Below, in pieces: positions 44,659-58,373 of a stretch of DNA of 64,000 nucleotides. The notes under the pieces are model-generated. The model did no database searches. It saw only the letters and a list, made by a program, of their open reading frames with translations, and was not told where the DNA came from. The DNA lies in NCBI RefSeq assembly GCF_009914755.1, contig NC_060929.1, one strand, 5' to 3'. The number at the start of each line of letters is the position of its first letter. The stretch's first letter is position 1. The translations under genes were made by a program, and so were the position numbers. Source of the stretch: the human T2T-CHM13v2.0 reference genome, Homo sapiens.

Positions 44659-44854
44659 TTACCCAGAGAAGAGAAGGACTAAGAACACAATCACAACAGA
44701 TAGGAATAGCGTGTGTGCAACCCTGGTGGTCACAGTGTATACTGGATGTGCAGAGCTTCAAAAAGCCCTGCAGGATTGGTGACAAGAGTACAATAGATGA
44801 GACAGTGTAAGTACCTTGATGTCTTCCCTCCATAAACCTCAGTAAAATTGCAGA

Positions 44855-45090
44855 ACATGTTCCAGGTACTGTTTTAAGTGTTTTCTGTGAACACGATTAT
44901 GTGATTCTCACCATGACCTTATAAGTCATACTCTATCATTGCTCTCATTTTACAGATGAAAATCTTGAAGCAGGCAAGTTGAATCATGTTGCCAAATTCA
45001 CATTAGAGACCACAAAGTAGTGACTGGCTTTGAGCCAAAGCAGTCTAGTTTCTGAGTCTAGCTGTACTCAGTAAACTCTACTGCCTCTCT
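44855..45090 (-). mobile_element. MIR
   Basis: ccaggtactgttttaagtg...ctcattttacagatgaaaa...tttgagccaaagcagtct. Confidence 0.8.
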
Positions 45091-46020
45091 GCTATCATAC
45101 TCCATATAAACTCTAGAAACCAATTTTAGTTCATACATCTACTAACTTTTCTTTGTCTACATGCACACTTCACAGGTTCTTTCAATGCTCTTTTTTCTCC
45201 TATAGGCTCAAATTATCTACTGAATTCTGATACCTGTCTTGTAGGACTTCTCTTTCTTTTTACAATGAAACTCTGCCCTCCCCTGCCCCTTCTGAGGGTG
45301 GCTGCTCCATATGAAGACTCCCCTTGCACTGCTCAGGGATGCTCTATCTCAACCCTTTTGTGTAGCCCTTGGGTTTGGCCTACTTCTGCCAGGCCTCAGG
45401 GAAAACCTATGGGAAAGAGTTGGCGGGTGGGCACCTCACTTTGTGGCTGGGCTGCCTCAGAATTCTGATCTGTCACATCAGTCATTCATCGTTCTGTAAA
45501 CATTTGGCAAGTTTCTCCTTATCCCTTTCTGAGACAGACTGCCCTTTTTCCATTCTTCATGGGATGAGAGCAGTGGCAGCAAGTGTCTCCTTGAAGTGTC
45601 CTTCATTTTTTGGAGTTGACTTCATGTAGGTTTCTGTTGAGTTTAAGAAATGTTGTGCAGCTTATCTGGATTGTTTTTGATGTTATAGTAAAATTAATGG
45701 CCTCCAACTTTCTACATATGAAGCACTAGAGAAATGCTACATATTTATATCCTGAAGAAATGTTTATGCACACTTTACGTTAAAAAAAAGTTTAGTGAAC
45801 ACACCTTTCTTGTGCTCATTAAAGTTCATAGAGGCAGCACACGTCGAGAAAACTAATCATTGAATTTGGCGTTTTAACCTAGATTTACATCTTACCTATG
45901 TTGTTTGCAAGCTGCACAATCAATGAATCAATCTTTATAAATTTTATTTCCTTTATATGTGGAAAGTCTTTATGAACGTTTATGTCATAGAGATGTTATA
46001 ACGATGTACATAAATAAAAT

Positions 46021-46380
46021 TGGCTTAGCCCATATCTGCTACAATTAAATACCATAAACTGGATAGCTTATAAACAATGTAATTTATTTCTCACAGTTGT
46101 GGAGGCTGGGAGGCTCATGATCAAGGCACCAGCAGATTTATTGTCTCCTGAGGGCCTGCTGTGTGGTTTATAGATTGTGGCTTCTCACTGAATCCCCATG
46201 TGGTGGAAGGAGCTACTAGCTTTCTATGTTGTCTTTTATAAAAACACTAATGCCAATCATAAGAGCTCTACTCTTATGATCTAATCTCCTACCAAAGTTT
46301 CCACTTTCTAATAGCATAACTTTGAGGTTAAGATTTCAATATTTGAACTTTGTGGGGAGCTAAATCTTCAGTTCATTGCC
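46021..46380 (-). mobile_element. MLT1A-like LTR
   Basis: aaataccataaactggatagcttataaacaa...ttctcacagttgtggaggctggga...cagttcattgc. Confidence 0.85.
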
Positions 46381-47024
46381 GAAGTTATTTCACATGCAGC
46401 AGCTTTCAATTAACTTAAGTTCCCTTCTCTCATCTCCTTTTCCTAACTCCTTTACTAATAGGAATTCTAGGCATTAAGGAAGCAAGTGAAGAGAGAATTT
46501 CCAGTGAGTAGTGAGGGCTAGAAGATAGAGATGGTTTTAAGAACTCCACAAATATATTCGATAAGCATCTACTTTCTGGTTGATGGTAGAGCTTCCCAAT
46601 CAATGTGCTCTGAATGGTTTATACCACTGGCTACATTGGCAATATTTGATACATTCTAGCTTTTAGATGGTTAGATGAGAGCTGGAGGAGCTCGAGTCCA
46701 CAGGACTGGTCACTTCCAGCTATGGGGACCCCATCCAGGGATTCTCAAAGGAGCATCTAAGTAGAAACCAACCTAATGGTACTTCCCGTACATGTTATCA
46801 AGAACCTGCTGCTGTTTAGCCATATACAGAGCCTTGCCAAGTTGTGCACTACCAGCTGGCCATCTCTACAGCCAGCTGCAGAATGTATGGTTGCCAATTA
46901 GGTGTAAGGAACTCATGGAGCTATTGGAAGATATTGTATTCCAGGTGTCCAGGGATTAAGGTACACAACTCAAGGTAGAGCCAGTCAGAAGGAAATTTGG
47001 GAAAATCTACTGGCCATTCTGGGA

Positions 47025-47392
47025 TGTCTTAGTTCATTTAGGATGATACAACAGTGTGCCATAGACTGGGTGGATCATCAACAACAGAATTTTATTTCTC
47101 ACAGTTTTGGAGGCTGGAAAGTCCAAATCAATGCACTGGCAGATTTGGTGTCTGGTGAGGAGGACCTGTTTTCTGATTCATGGATGACCATCTTCACCCT
47201 GAGTCTTCACATGGTGAAAGTACGAGACAACTCTCTGGGGTCTCTTTTATAAAGACACTAATTGTTATAATGAAGGGTTCACTCTCATTACCTAATGACC
47301 TCCTAAAAGCCCCACCTCCTAATATCATCACATTGGGGATTGGAGTTTTAATGTATGAATTTGGAGGGAATACAAATATCCAGTCTATAGCG
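47025..47392 (-). mobile_element. MLT1A-like LTR
   Basis: tgtcttagttcatttagg...tttctcacagttttggaggctggaaagtccaa...atccagtctatagc. Confidence 0.85.
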
Positions 47393-48567
47393 TGGAGGTA
47401 CAGCTCCAAACAAAATCCTGGAATTGATGACAGACACTTCTCTCCAATGAAAGCAGATGGAGCCTTTCAGTGAAATCTAGCAGACTGCAAGGTAACTGTA
47501 CTAATAGTGCTCACCTAGCCCATTAATGAGTCATTATTGGGCTAGTCATTATAATAATCAGTCATTATTTTAAGGTAACTACTATTTCAAATATTTTTGA
47601 TTTAAAATTAATGACTATTATGAAAATTTTCAATACTCTTTGTGCCAGTAAAAGAAAATGGGGAGATGCTGAGTTCATTAAATGTAATTTCAGCTATTGT
47701 TAATTTTGAAAGAGTAAAAGATAGATTTTAAAAATGTTATTACCTATTTATGCAGAATAATTTCTTTTTGATGCCATCCAGAAATTGAAGAAATCACTAT
47801 TTCTAGTCAGTCTTGCCTCGGAATTGTATATACCGGCTGCAAATGTAACGCTTTGAACAAAAGTTATGTTCATAGATTCAGGTTCACATTTCTGTCAAGA
47901 TTTTGATGAGGCTTTATTTGGATATTTTATACTAATAAAACATTAATATCTTTTCTAATCTTTTACATTTGATTTTTCCTTATAAAGAAAAAATAATTTT
48001 TAAACTAAGCTCCATATATATCCTTGTTTTACCTGAAAGATCATAGAAAATGTTTCTTTTCTATGTGCGTGATTTATTGAAAGACTTTGAAAACCACTAA
48101 TCGCAGTATAAGATTTGCCCTGTAGGCTTAAATCTAAATACCATATTACCCAAGAGAAAATAACAGTATTTAGACTTGGACTTACATGGAAATAATGAAT
48201 TTGATATTATGTTTTAAAAGGGCACTTCTGTAAAACACAAGATTATGGAAACCTTTTTTTTTTTTTTTTTTAAGCCTTAGAAAATCTCCAGCAAAAATTG
48301 TGTGCCTACACCTTAAGGGTTCTCAACGCCAATTACAATTGATTGTAAGTACATTTTCTATATCTTCTAATAAAATCAGTCTTGCTACCACATCTGTTCA
48401 TCTTATCCATCTTGGTACAAAACATCCATGAATCCTCTCCATACGACAGAACTTCAACTAGTTGATGATATCTATCAAGGTCTCCTCGTTCTTGTTTCCT
48501 CATAAGCAAGCAACCCTAGTTTTCTCAAGCATGCCTAATCTATTATTTCAAGTTCCTTCACCATCAT

Positions 48568-49519
48568 TCATGAGCCCATTGGGCAATGACAGGAGTCACT
48601 GGGGACAGAAGCTGAATGGTGGACATAAAGCGAGTCATCCTATCCATTTGATTATTAAAATCCTCCTCTGCTTATGTCATCCTTTGGTGAGCATTCATGT
48701 GAAACACAAATATCTTCACGGTTTTCGACCACTCATAGAAATCCATCCACATACCTCTTCTCCAAATTTTCTTGTCACCAATTTTTCAATCATGTTCCTA
48801 CCAAGTCCTTGGCCATTGTAAGGACCTGGTAGGAGCAAGCCTACCAAGATCCTACCAAGTCCTTGACCATGACAAACCATTGTACCATCCATGAAACAGT
48901 ATATAATCGCAAATCTGGCCATTTTTTTTCCAAGCAAAAGGCACAACCAGGTGCACTGCTCTAAGTTCTGCCCATTGGGAAGATTTCCCTTCGCCACTGT
49001 CCCTCAGGGATGTCTAGAAAGGGGCTGTAGTGCTGCAACTGTCCATTTTTGGGTGGTGCCTGCATATCATGCAGAACCATCTGTAAACGAGGCCCCAGTC
49101 TTCTCTTCCTCCATCAACTGATTATAAGGAATTATATATGAGGTCACATGTGCAGGATGGGAGAGAGAAGTCAGGGTGGCAGGAGTGGGGACCATGGGCA
49201 TTTGAGCCACTCTTCATGTAACTTATTTGTGGCTTCAGGACCTGCTTGATCCCGATAATTTATGTACCACTTCCATTTGATGATGGAATGCTGTTGTATA
49301 TGTCCAACTTTATGGGTAGATGAGTCAGAAAGCACCCAGCTGATGGTAGGTAGTTCAGGTCACTTGGTAACTTGGTGACCCGTAGTTAAACACTTAGTTT
49401 CTACCAAGATCCTGTAATGGGCCAAGATCCTGTAATGTCTCTCTTAAGGAGAGTAGTTATCTGCAGAAGATGATAGAGCCTTAGTCCAAAATCCTAGGAA
49501 TCTCTGCCATGATTCACCT
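48568..49519 (-). mobile_element. HERV-L internal pol (tether/RNase H region), inverted segment
   Basis: Minus strand reads HERV-L-like pol (tggtttacagatggttctgca; gggaaatcttcccaatgggcagaactt; aaattggtgacaagaaaatttggagaagaggtatgtggatgg). Confidence 0.8.
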
Positions 49520-50692
49520 AAAGAAGTACGGCAGTGGGCTCATACTCATGGAATTCACTGGTCTTACCATGTTCCCCAACATCCTGTAACAGCTGGATTG
49601 ATAGAATAACGAAATGGCCTTTTATAGTCACAATTACAATGCCAATGAGGTGACAATACTTTGCAGGGCTAGGGTAAAATTCTCCAGAAGCTTGTGTATG
49701 CTCTGAATTAGAGTTCAATATATGGTACTCTTTCTCCCATAGCCAGGGTACATGGATCCAATAATCAAGGGTGGAAGTGGACGTGGCACCACTCGTCATC
49801 ACCCCTAGTGACCCACTAGCAACATTTTTGCTTTCTGTTCACACAACATTATGTTCTGCTGGCCTAGAAGTCTTAGTTCTAGAGGGAGGAATGCTGCCAC
49901 CAGAAGACACAGCAATAATTTCATCAAACTGAAAGTTAAGATTGTCACCTGGCCACTTTGAGCTCCTTCTGCCTCTAAGTAAACAGGCTAAGAAAGGAGT
50001 GACAGTGCTAGATGGGGTGATTGACTCAAACTATCAAGATGAAATCAGACTACTACTCCATTATGAAGTAGTATGTATGGAATACATACATGCTAAGGAA
50101 GAGTATGTGTGGGATACAGGAGACCCCTTAGGACATCTCTTAGTATTACCATGCCCTGTGATTAAGGTCAGTGGAAACTACAACAACCCAAATCAGGCAG
50201 GACTACAAATGGCCCAGACCCTTCAGGAGTGAAGGTTCAGGTCACTCCACCATGTAAAAAAATCACAACCTGCTGAGGTGCTTGCTGAAGGCAATGGAAA
50301 TACAGAATGGGTAGTAAAAAAAGGTAATTATCAATACCAGCTACGACCACATGACCAGCTGCAGAAACGAGGACTGTAATTGTCATGAGTATTTCCTCCT
50401 CATTTTGTTAAGAATACGTTTGTGCATGTATATACTTGTACTAAGAAAATATATTCATTTTATTTCTTTTCGTCTTCCTTTATCATGTGATATAAGATTT
50501 ATTTTCATATCAGCATTTAAGTGTTGTTAACTTTATATAATAGCATTTAGGTTAAGAATTAGTGTGCTTCTGGTTGTACAAAGGATAGCTGTATTATGTT
50601 AGGCATAATTATGACCTTATTATTGTCTTTATTTGGAGATTAAGTATAATTTCAAGAGATGTGTATGGGTTCAAGTAGATGAGGAGTGGACT
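49520..50692 (+). mobile_element. HERV-L internal 3' part (integrase C-terminal region, dUTPase, PPT)
   Basis: cagtgggctcatactcatggaattcactggtcttaccatg; purine tract gaggagtggact immediately before the LTR. Confidence 0.85.
49850..50110 (+). pseudogene. HERV-L dUTPase remnant
   Basis: ORF track 49942-50232 contains GHFELLLPLSKQAKKGVTVLDGVIDSNYQDEIRLLL, similar to dUTPase motif 3 (GVIDxDYxGEI); upstream part interrupted by a stop. Confidence 0.75.
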
Positions 50693-51229
50693 TGTGATGG
50701 CTAATATTAAGTGTCAACTTGATTGGATTGAAGGATGCCTAGACAGCTTGCATTGTTTCTGGTTGTGTCTGTGAGGGTATTGCCAGATGAGATTAACATT
50801 TGAGTCAGTAGACTGGTGGAGGAAAGCCCTCTCTCAATCAGCTGCCAGCTGGGCTAGAACAAAGCTGGTGGAAGAAGGTGGGATGAGCTGGCTTGCTGAA
50901 TTTTCTGGCTTTCATCTTTCTCCCATGATGGGTGCTTCCATCCGTTACTCTTGCCCTGTGACATTAGACTCCAAGTTCTTTGGCCTTTGGACTATTAGAC
51001 TTACACCGGTGGTTGCCAGGGCCCACAACCTGAAGGCTGCACTGTCAGCTTCCCTGCTTTTGAAGCTTTTGGACACAGACTGAGGCACTACTGGCTTTCT
51101 TCCTCAGCTTGCAGACAGACTATCATGGCACTTCGCCTTGCGATCGTGTGAGCCAATTCTTTTCAATAAACTCCCTTTCATGTATATATACATCTTATTA
51201 GTTCTGTCCCTCTGGAGAACTCTAATACA
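50693..51229 (+). mobile_element. MLT2A-like (HERV-L) 3' LTR
   Basis: tgtgatggctaatattaagtgtcaacttgattggattgaaggatgc...aataaactccc...gttctgtccctctggagaactctaataca. Confidence 0.9.
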
Positions 51230-51374
51230 ATAATTTGATCATTGTTGATATTTACTTATTCATTCAGCATTAATTATATGCATTATATCTTTTAAATTCA
51301 GCACCAGGCCAACAGGATACAAATATGACTCCGCTCAAAAAGTTCACTATCTAATGACAGACAAAAACTGCTCT

Positions 51375-52487
51375 TCCGTTCCAGTTATTATCTAATGATG
51401 TATAACAAACCAGCTGCAATGTAATACCTTAAAGTAAAAATAATAATTTTAATCTGTATTAGTTGTTAATGCTGCTGTAACAAATAACCACAAACCTAGA
51501 GGCTTAAATAATACAAATTTACAATCTGTCTTACAATTCTGTAGAAGTCTGACATTTGTCTCATTGAGCTAATATTAAGACATTAGAAAGGCTGCATTCC
51601 TTTCTGGAGGCTCTGGACAGAATCCATTTCCTCGCCCTTTCCAGCTCCTAGAGGTCACTATATTCCTTGGTTAGTGGCCCCTTTTCCCATTTTCTAAGTA
51701 AGCAACACTGTGTCTTTCTTGGGTGGTCACATCTTTATTTGCCTACTTCCCTTTTCCACTTGTAAGGGCCTTTGCGACTACATTGGACTCACTCAGATAA
51801 TCCATATAATCTTCCCATGTTAAGGGGAGCTGGAATCTTAATTCTATCTGCAGCCTTCATTTCCATTTGCTCTGTAACCTAACATAGCCATAGCTTCCAG
51901 GAATGAGGATGTAGATACCTTTGGAGGAGACACTATTCTGCCTACTCTATTAGCTCTCACAGTTTGCTTCTCTTCTATCAGACATCAATTTGGTAGAAGC
52001 TTGGCTGAGCAGATTTGGCTTAGTGCCTCTTGTGAAACTGCAGTCAGAAAATGGTTTAGCATGGAATCATCTTGTAAGATTTTCCATCACATATCTGGCC
52101 TGGGAGGGCTTGAATAGCTGGGGATAACCCAGCTGAACCTCCCTGGACCTCCCTAAATCTTCTTTATCTCTATGGAGGCTTCCCAGGTGGTCTCTCCAGC
52201 GGAAAGACTTCAAGGTAGTGTTTCTTCTTATGTGTCAGTTTAACATTCCCAAAGCACATATCCAGAGAGAGAGAGAAAAAAAAAAAAAAGAGAGAGAGAT
52301 GGAAGACATATTATGATGTAGCCTCTGAAGTTATAAAGCATCACTTGAACTCTTGGTCAAGGTATTTACAAAGATTCACTTAGTTTCAGTGGGAAGCAAC
52401 ATAGATCCTATTCCTTGATGGGGGAGAGAGCATTTCATATTGTAAAGAGAGCATGTGGGCCGGGATATATACGTGTAATACCACCTT
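51375..52487 (-). mobile_element. Old MLT1 (F/G/H-like) LTR split by a nested MLT1D-like LTR
   Basis: ccagttattatctaatgatgtataacaaacc before the insert, resuming with attagctctcacagttt after it. Confidence 0.6.
51455..51948 (-). mobile_element. MLT1D-like LTR
   Basis: tgtattagttgttaatgctgctgtaacaaataaccacaaac...tttctggaggctctgg...cactattctgcctac. Confidence 0.85.
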
Positions 52488-52681
52488 CAGATGTGTAACT
52501 GAAACATCTGTGAAAGAAACATTAATTGTGCTCTATACAAAATTATTTGGCTGTCACGTAATCTAGCACACCTTTGCTCTTTTTGTAATATTCCATATAC
52601 TGTGACCTGAACAGAATAGAAAAAACCATTGACTCTTAGATAGATTTTATTCATAATTGGATACACAATGGCTTCTCTTTT

Positions 52682-52995
<314 letters not shown>

Positions 52996-53908
52996 TGATT
53001 TTTAGAATAAAGATTATTACTTAAATCTTATTTTCGGTTAATTAAATTTTTATTCATTTATCCAGATCCTGAAGTTCTATTTATAATCATTTTTATCTGT
53101 AAAAAAAATCACATATAACTTAAATATGATAAATATTTTTATATCTTCTTTTATTAAAATATTGAGGAAGAAAAAGTCAAGATTATAGCCTGAGACAAAA
53201 TCCTAGAAGCAACCCCTCTCCAGGTTATTTCACTGTTTTCATTGATCAAACAGTTAAACATTAAACTAGGAATGACCAATCCACCCAATTCACCTTAAAA
53301 GCAACACATATTTCTCATTATTGGCTAGAATATCATGAAAGACCATTTAAAACACCTTTCTGTTGCCTCTGCATACTGTGCTTACAAAATGTTTCTTGTA
53401 TTAGTAAAACAGAAATCATGTAAAATATGAAAACATTTGATTTTTTTTAACTGAACTTCGGTGTGTCTAATGAAAACTACCTAGTTATGTTTTTCAGCAG
53501 AAAGCCAATGGGCCATATATACAATTGTTCTTCCTGATATTTCAGTTCACTTTAACTTTATTATTTGTAAAATCCACTGTTTTTTTCCTGTATGAGTGAG
53601 AAATAACACTTTCCTAATACAGGCCTCCAGGGCATTTCCCACCCTCAAACATTGCTCAAAAGAAGTCTGAAAATCCCCCTTTACTTCAGCGTATAATGTA
53701 ATTTATTTATAGAATTAAAATTAGATTACATGTTAATAGTCATAGTTTCTTTTACAAGTTCACCAGTTTTTCTTATATTTATTCTGCAAATATTTATGAT
53801 TACTCCATTTTCCATTACTAATAAATGCTCTCTTGGGCATCTTATCAGCTGTGCTTGAATGGGAAAGCCATGGGCTAGAAAAAGCCCACATTTTTCCCTC
53901 ATTAGCAG

Positions 53909-53992
53909 TTTCTCTCTCTCTCTCTCTCATTCTTTCTGCCCTCTCTCTCTCTGCATGTGTGTGTGCTTGTGTACATGGGTGTATGTATGTGT
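53909..53992. repeat. (CT)n and (TG)n-like microsatellites
   Basis: Direct inspection. Confidence 0.85.
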
Positions 53993-54019
53993 TTAATGAA
54001 TGAGTTTCTAATTTTTATT

Positions 54020-54330
54020 TAATTAAAAAAATTTTTTTACAGACAAGGTCTCACTCTGTCACCCAGACCGGCATACAGTGGCACAATCATAACTCACTGC
54101 AACTTTGAAATCCTAGACTTAAGCCCATCCTCCCACCCTGGCCTCCTGAGTAGCTGGGGCAGCAGGTATGCCCCATGATGCCCAGTTGATTTTTGTTTTT
54201 GTCTTTTTTTCACAGAAATGAGGTCTTGCTATGTTGCCTAGGCTGGTCTCAAACACCTGGCTTCAAAAGATTCCCCTGCCTTGGCCTCCTTAAGTGCTAT
54301 GATTACAGACATGAGCCACCATGTCTGTCC
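54020..54330 (-). mobile_element. AluJ
   Basis: Diverged dimer with AluJ-type features (aatcataactcactgca, gaggtcttgctatgttgcc). Confidence 0.9.
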
Positions 54331-54599
54331 CATTATTTCTTAATTACCTTTAGTGTGTGTGAAGAATGCTCCTAGGTACTGGGAACATGGTCATGAGCAG
54401 ACAGACAGTATTTTTGCTCCAGAAAGGGCTTACTTTCTAAAAGGAAATGGGATAAAGATATAATAAACAAAATATTCTTGAAAGAGAATATGTTATTTGA
54501 GTAAAAGAGGTAAGTAAATGTGCAGAAGCATGATGGAAGGTGTGATGGGAACCGGGATGGGATGCATTTGCATGGTCAGGGAAGAACTCATTAAAGCGG

Positions 54600-55140
54600 T
54601 GGTAGGAGAACAGAACATAAAAAAGTTGTCATCTGTGGTCTCTGACCCAACTACGCTGCTTCCTCTTCTTCTGTGCCCTGATTCTGTCTACCTGTGATGA
54701 GATGAGGTGCTGCAGAACTCCATCCCACAACCAGGAGAGAAGTATTATTTAGTTTAAGCAAATCTTGGTAATGCCCATGCCAAAAGTCCTTGCCAGAGAT
54801 GATTTAGATACTCTTACATAAGCTTGAACAACTAGATGTAAAGTGGTAACTCCTGAGGGCTTTATCAGAAATGTTTCTTCATTAATGGGAGGGGACACAC
54901 AATCGGAAAGTCAGCTGCATGGACAGGCGGAATGTGGAGAAACTACATCCACCTGTGACCACAAGGAGAGTTGCTTACAAGTTGGATGGAACAGAGGCAG
55001 ATAGGAAGGACACCAGTCTTGACAACATCATTAAGCACTGAATCAGTCCACAAAGAGTCAATGTCTGGGCTGCTCACCGTAGACAAAATAACCCTCCTCT
55101 TGCTCAAATCTTTGTTATCTAGGACACCCTAAATGATACA
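54600..55140 (+). mobile_element. Ancient MLT1 (J/K-like) LTR
   Basis: gtcttgacaacatcattaagcactgaatcag...cctaaatgataca terminus; start uncertain. Confidence 0.5.
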
Positions 55141-55639
55141 GAAGTGATCCAATGGCTGGTCTATTTCTTTCTGTGTTTGTGTTTGTGTTTGTGATTGTGA
55201 TTTGTGTGTGTGTGTGCATTTTTATTACACATGGAAAGAGTGTTCTTTCATAGGGACCATGCCTCTATTATCAATTGAGTATAAACGTTTTTTAAAAAGA
55301 TTATACGGTATGACAGAGAGCTACAACTACAGAAATATTGAGAAATTCAGATATTTAGATAATGAGAAGTCAATGGAGCTATATGATTAAGGGAAACAAC
55401 AGTAAAGGAGGCCGGCTAAAATTATGTGTTCTGGTTTGTCATTTCTTATGCAGGAAATCATTATGAATCCAGAATATCTCCTTGGGCCGAACAGAGATTT
55501 GTTCTTCAAGTCAGATATTTGTTCTGTGGTTATTTGCAGGCATTCAGCAAATAATGTCCATGATTTTAGTGGGACTATGTCATATTTTTATTTCTGTGTG
55601 TTTAAATTATGTGTATTTAAGAATAATCAAATTTCTAGT

Positions 55640-55758
55640 AATATGTGTATATATGTATGTGTGCATATATATGCATACATATACACACATACATATATGT
55701 GTATGCACATATACATATATGCACATATACGTATATGCACACACACATACATATACAA
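55640..55758. repeat. Alternating purine-pyrimidine (TA/CA/TG) low-complexity repeat
   Basis: tatgtgtatatatgtatgtgtgcatatatatgcatacatatacacacatac... Confidence 0.9.
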
Positions 55759-56890
55759 GTAACTTTTAATTCCATTCCTATAAAAGCTCTGAAGTGTCCA
55801 ATAACAAGTAGATCAACAGGCATTTCTCTTTAGAAATGTTGAGGCCCAGTTCCAAATCAAGACCTATAGCAGTTTTTTCAGCAATGTCTGACAGTGTACT
55901 CTCTCCCTCCTCCTTCTGTCTGGAGAGCTACAGCATCCTTCCCATGGATATGAATGCTAATTCACATGTGGGATATAGGGGTATTTATGCCATCTACTGG
56001 CTATTTTGGAAAAATGCATTTCAAATACCAGATGTCTTCTTGCAAAAATTTAGAATGTCGGCAATCTTGATTTGTATTCAGAGTATGGAAATATCTTTCA
56101 TGTTCTTTGAAAACATGAGAAATGCCGTGTTGCTATTAAATTTTAAATGTACAGCTCAGCTTTCTCTTTGTAGCAGTGGAACTAAAAGTTACAAGACAGC
56201 AGAAAGTCATTCTTATTCCATTTGCAAAAGTATGAATATACCTAAATTATCTCATGTGTTACATTCTCTTTGTCCAAGTTAAAATGGTTACTTATGAAGT
56301 CATGGACATCGACTTGGACTTGTGTCACTTTTGGATGCAAAGGGAATAAAATATCTTCCATGATTAAATAAAATGTCACCTCCTCTGCTTAAAAGTCCAA
56401 CCCACCGTAGATATGGTCTGTATGAACATTAGTTGTATCCTCCCAGCATTAGTTACTTCCTCCGGAAAAGATAATGTGTATGTTTTCAGTTATCTTTCTA
56501 CACAAAGTGCTTCTTTTCACCAACTCAAAAAAAGTCAGTGGTCTTTTTCTGGGTATTTTTTCTTTGAAAGTCAGTAACTAGGAACTTTAGATGAGATATT
56601 TTAGACGTTACTCACCTTTCTCTTAGATAAAAACAGCATGGATATGGATGTACATGAAAATTAATACCTTTGCTATATAAAAAATATTGTTAAGAGAATA
56701 AAAAACAAGCCATGGACAGATTTAGATTTTGAAATTGCCTTTCTCACAAAGGACCTTTATCAGAAAAAAAGAACACCCAAAACATAACAATAATTTAAAA
56801 ATCCCGATTAAAAAATGAACAAACTATTTAAACAAGCATTTCAGTAAATAAAGTATACTGATGCCAAATATGCATATAAGAAATGCTCAA

Positions 56891-57188
56891 GGCCGAACGC
56901 GGTGGTTCATGCCTGTAATCCCAGCACTTTGGGAGGCTGAGGCGGGCGGATCACGAGGTCAAGAGACTGAGACCATCCTGGCCAACATGGTGAAACCCCG
57001 TCTCTATTAAAAATACAAAAATTAGCTGGGCATGGTGGCGCGTGCCTATAGTCCCAGCTACTCAAGAGGCTGAGGCAGGAGAATTTCTTGAACCCAGGAG
57101 GCGGAGGTTACAGTGAGCCGAGATCCGCCATTGCACTCCGGCCTGACGACCTAGTGAAACTCCGTCTCAAAAAAAAAAAGAAAGAAAG
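56891..57188 (+). mobile_element. AluSc-like
   Basis: ggatcacgaggtcaagaga; TSD aagaaatgctca at 56878-56889 and 57189-57200. Confidence 0.96.
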
Positions 57189-57276
57189 AAGAAATGCTCA
57201 CAATCATTTGGGTAAGTACAAATTAAAATCACAGTGATGGTCCAAGACTCACTCAATAGAATAGAATGTTTGATTA

Positions 57277-57600
<324 letters not shown>

Positions 57601-58373
57601 TACTGAAAATAGGAAGTGATGGTTAGGGTGCAAAGCACCTCTCATATACTCTTGCTGGCAATGCATAATGACTCACCATTATGGAAAACAATATAGTAAT
57701 TTATCATAAAGTTAAAAATACCCTTGTCATATGGCCTAGAAATCACTTAATGTTTACCAAAGTAAAATAAAAACTTATATTCACACAAAAAGTCCTGCAC
57801 ACGTTTATAGCAGCAATATTCATAGTCATCAAAAATTGTGTATGACAAAGATGCCGAATGTTTGGTATATGGATAAATAAACTATAGATATTTATTGTAT
57901 AAACATTGTATTGTATTTATACAATAAACATCTATACAATAAAATGCTATTCAGTTATGAAGAGAATTATTGACTCCTCAGAAGATTAATCTTAAATTCA
58001 TTTTGCTATATGAAAGAAGCAGATTCAAGAGTTACATAGTACTTGTTCAAATTTTATATGTTTTACATACATGAGTGTGTGTGTGTGTATAACCTTACAG
58101 AAAAGGCAAAAATATAGGTATAGAAAACAGATCACTGGTTTCTCTGGGTGGAAGGAGAGCTTGATTAAAACTGAGCAGTAGAAGAAAATATTTGTGGTGA
58201 TAGAATTGTTTTGTAGTACAACTCTGATGGCAGATGCAATTCTATACATTTGTCAAAAACAATACAATACCACACAGAGTGAATTGTTTACTGTAAGTAA
58301 ATTTTAAATAATTAACCAGAATTTGGGAGAAATGCTAACTAGAATACAAGAATATGACATATAAAGAAACATA

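Noticed and set aside
46540-47020. Somewhat GC-richer segment, possibly an ERVL-internal remnant or an exon
   Set aside because: Could not assign a family or find an ORF or splice pattern with confidence.
55836-56282. 148 aa ORF in non-repeat sequence
   Set aside because: No recognisable domain, promoter or splice context; an ORF this long can occur by chance in 64 kb. Would need tBLASTn or Ribo-seq support.
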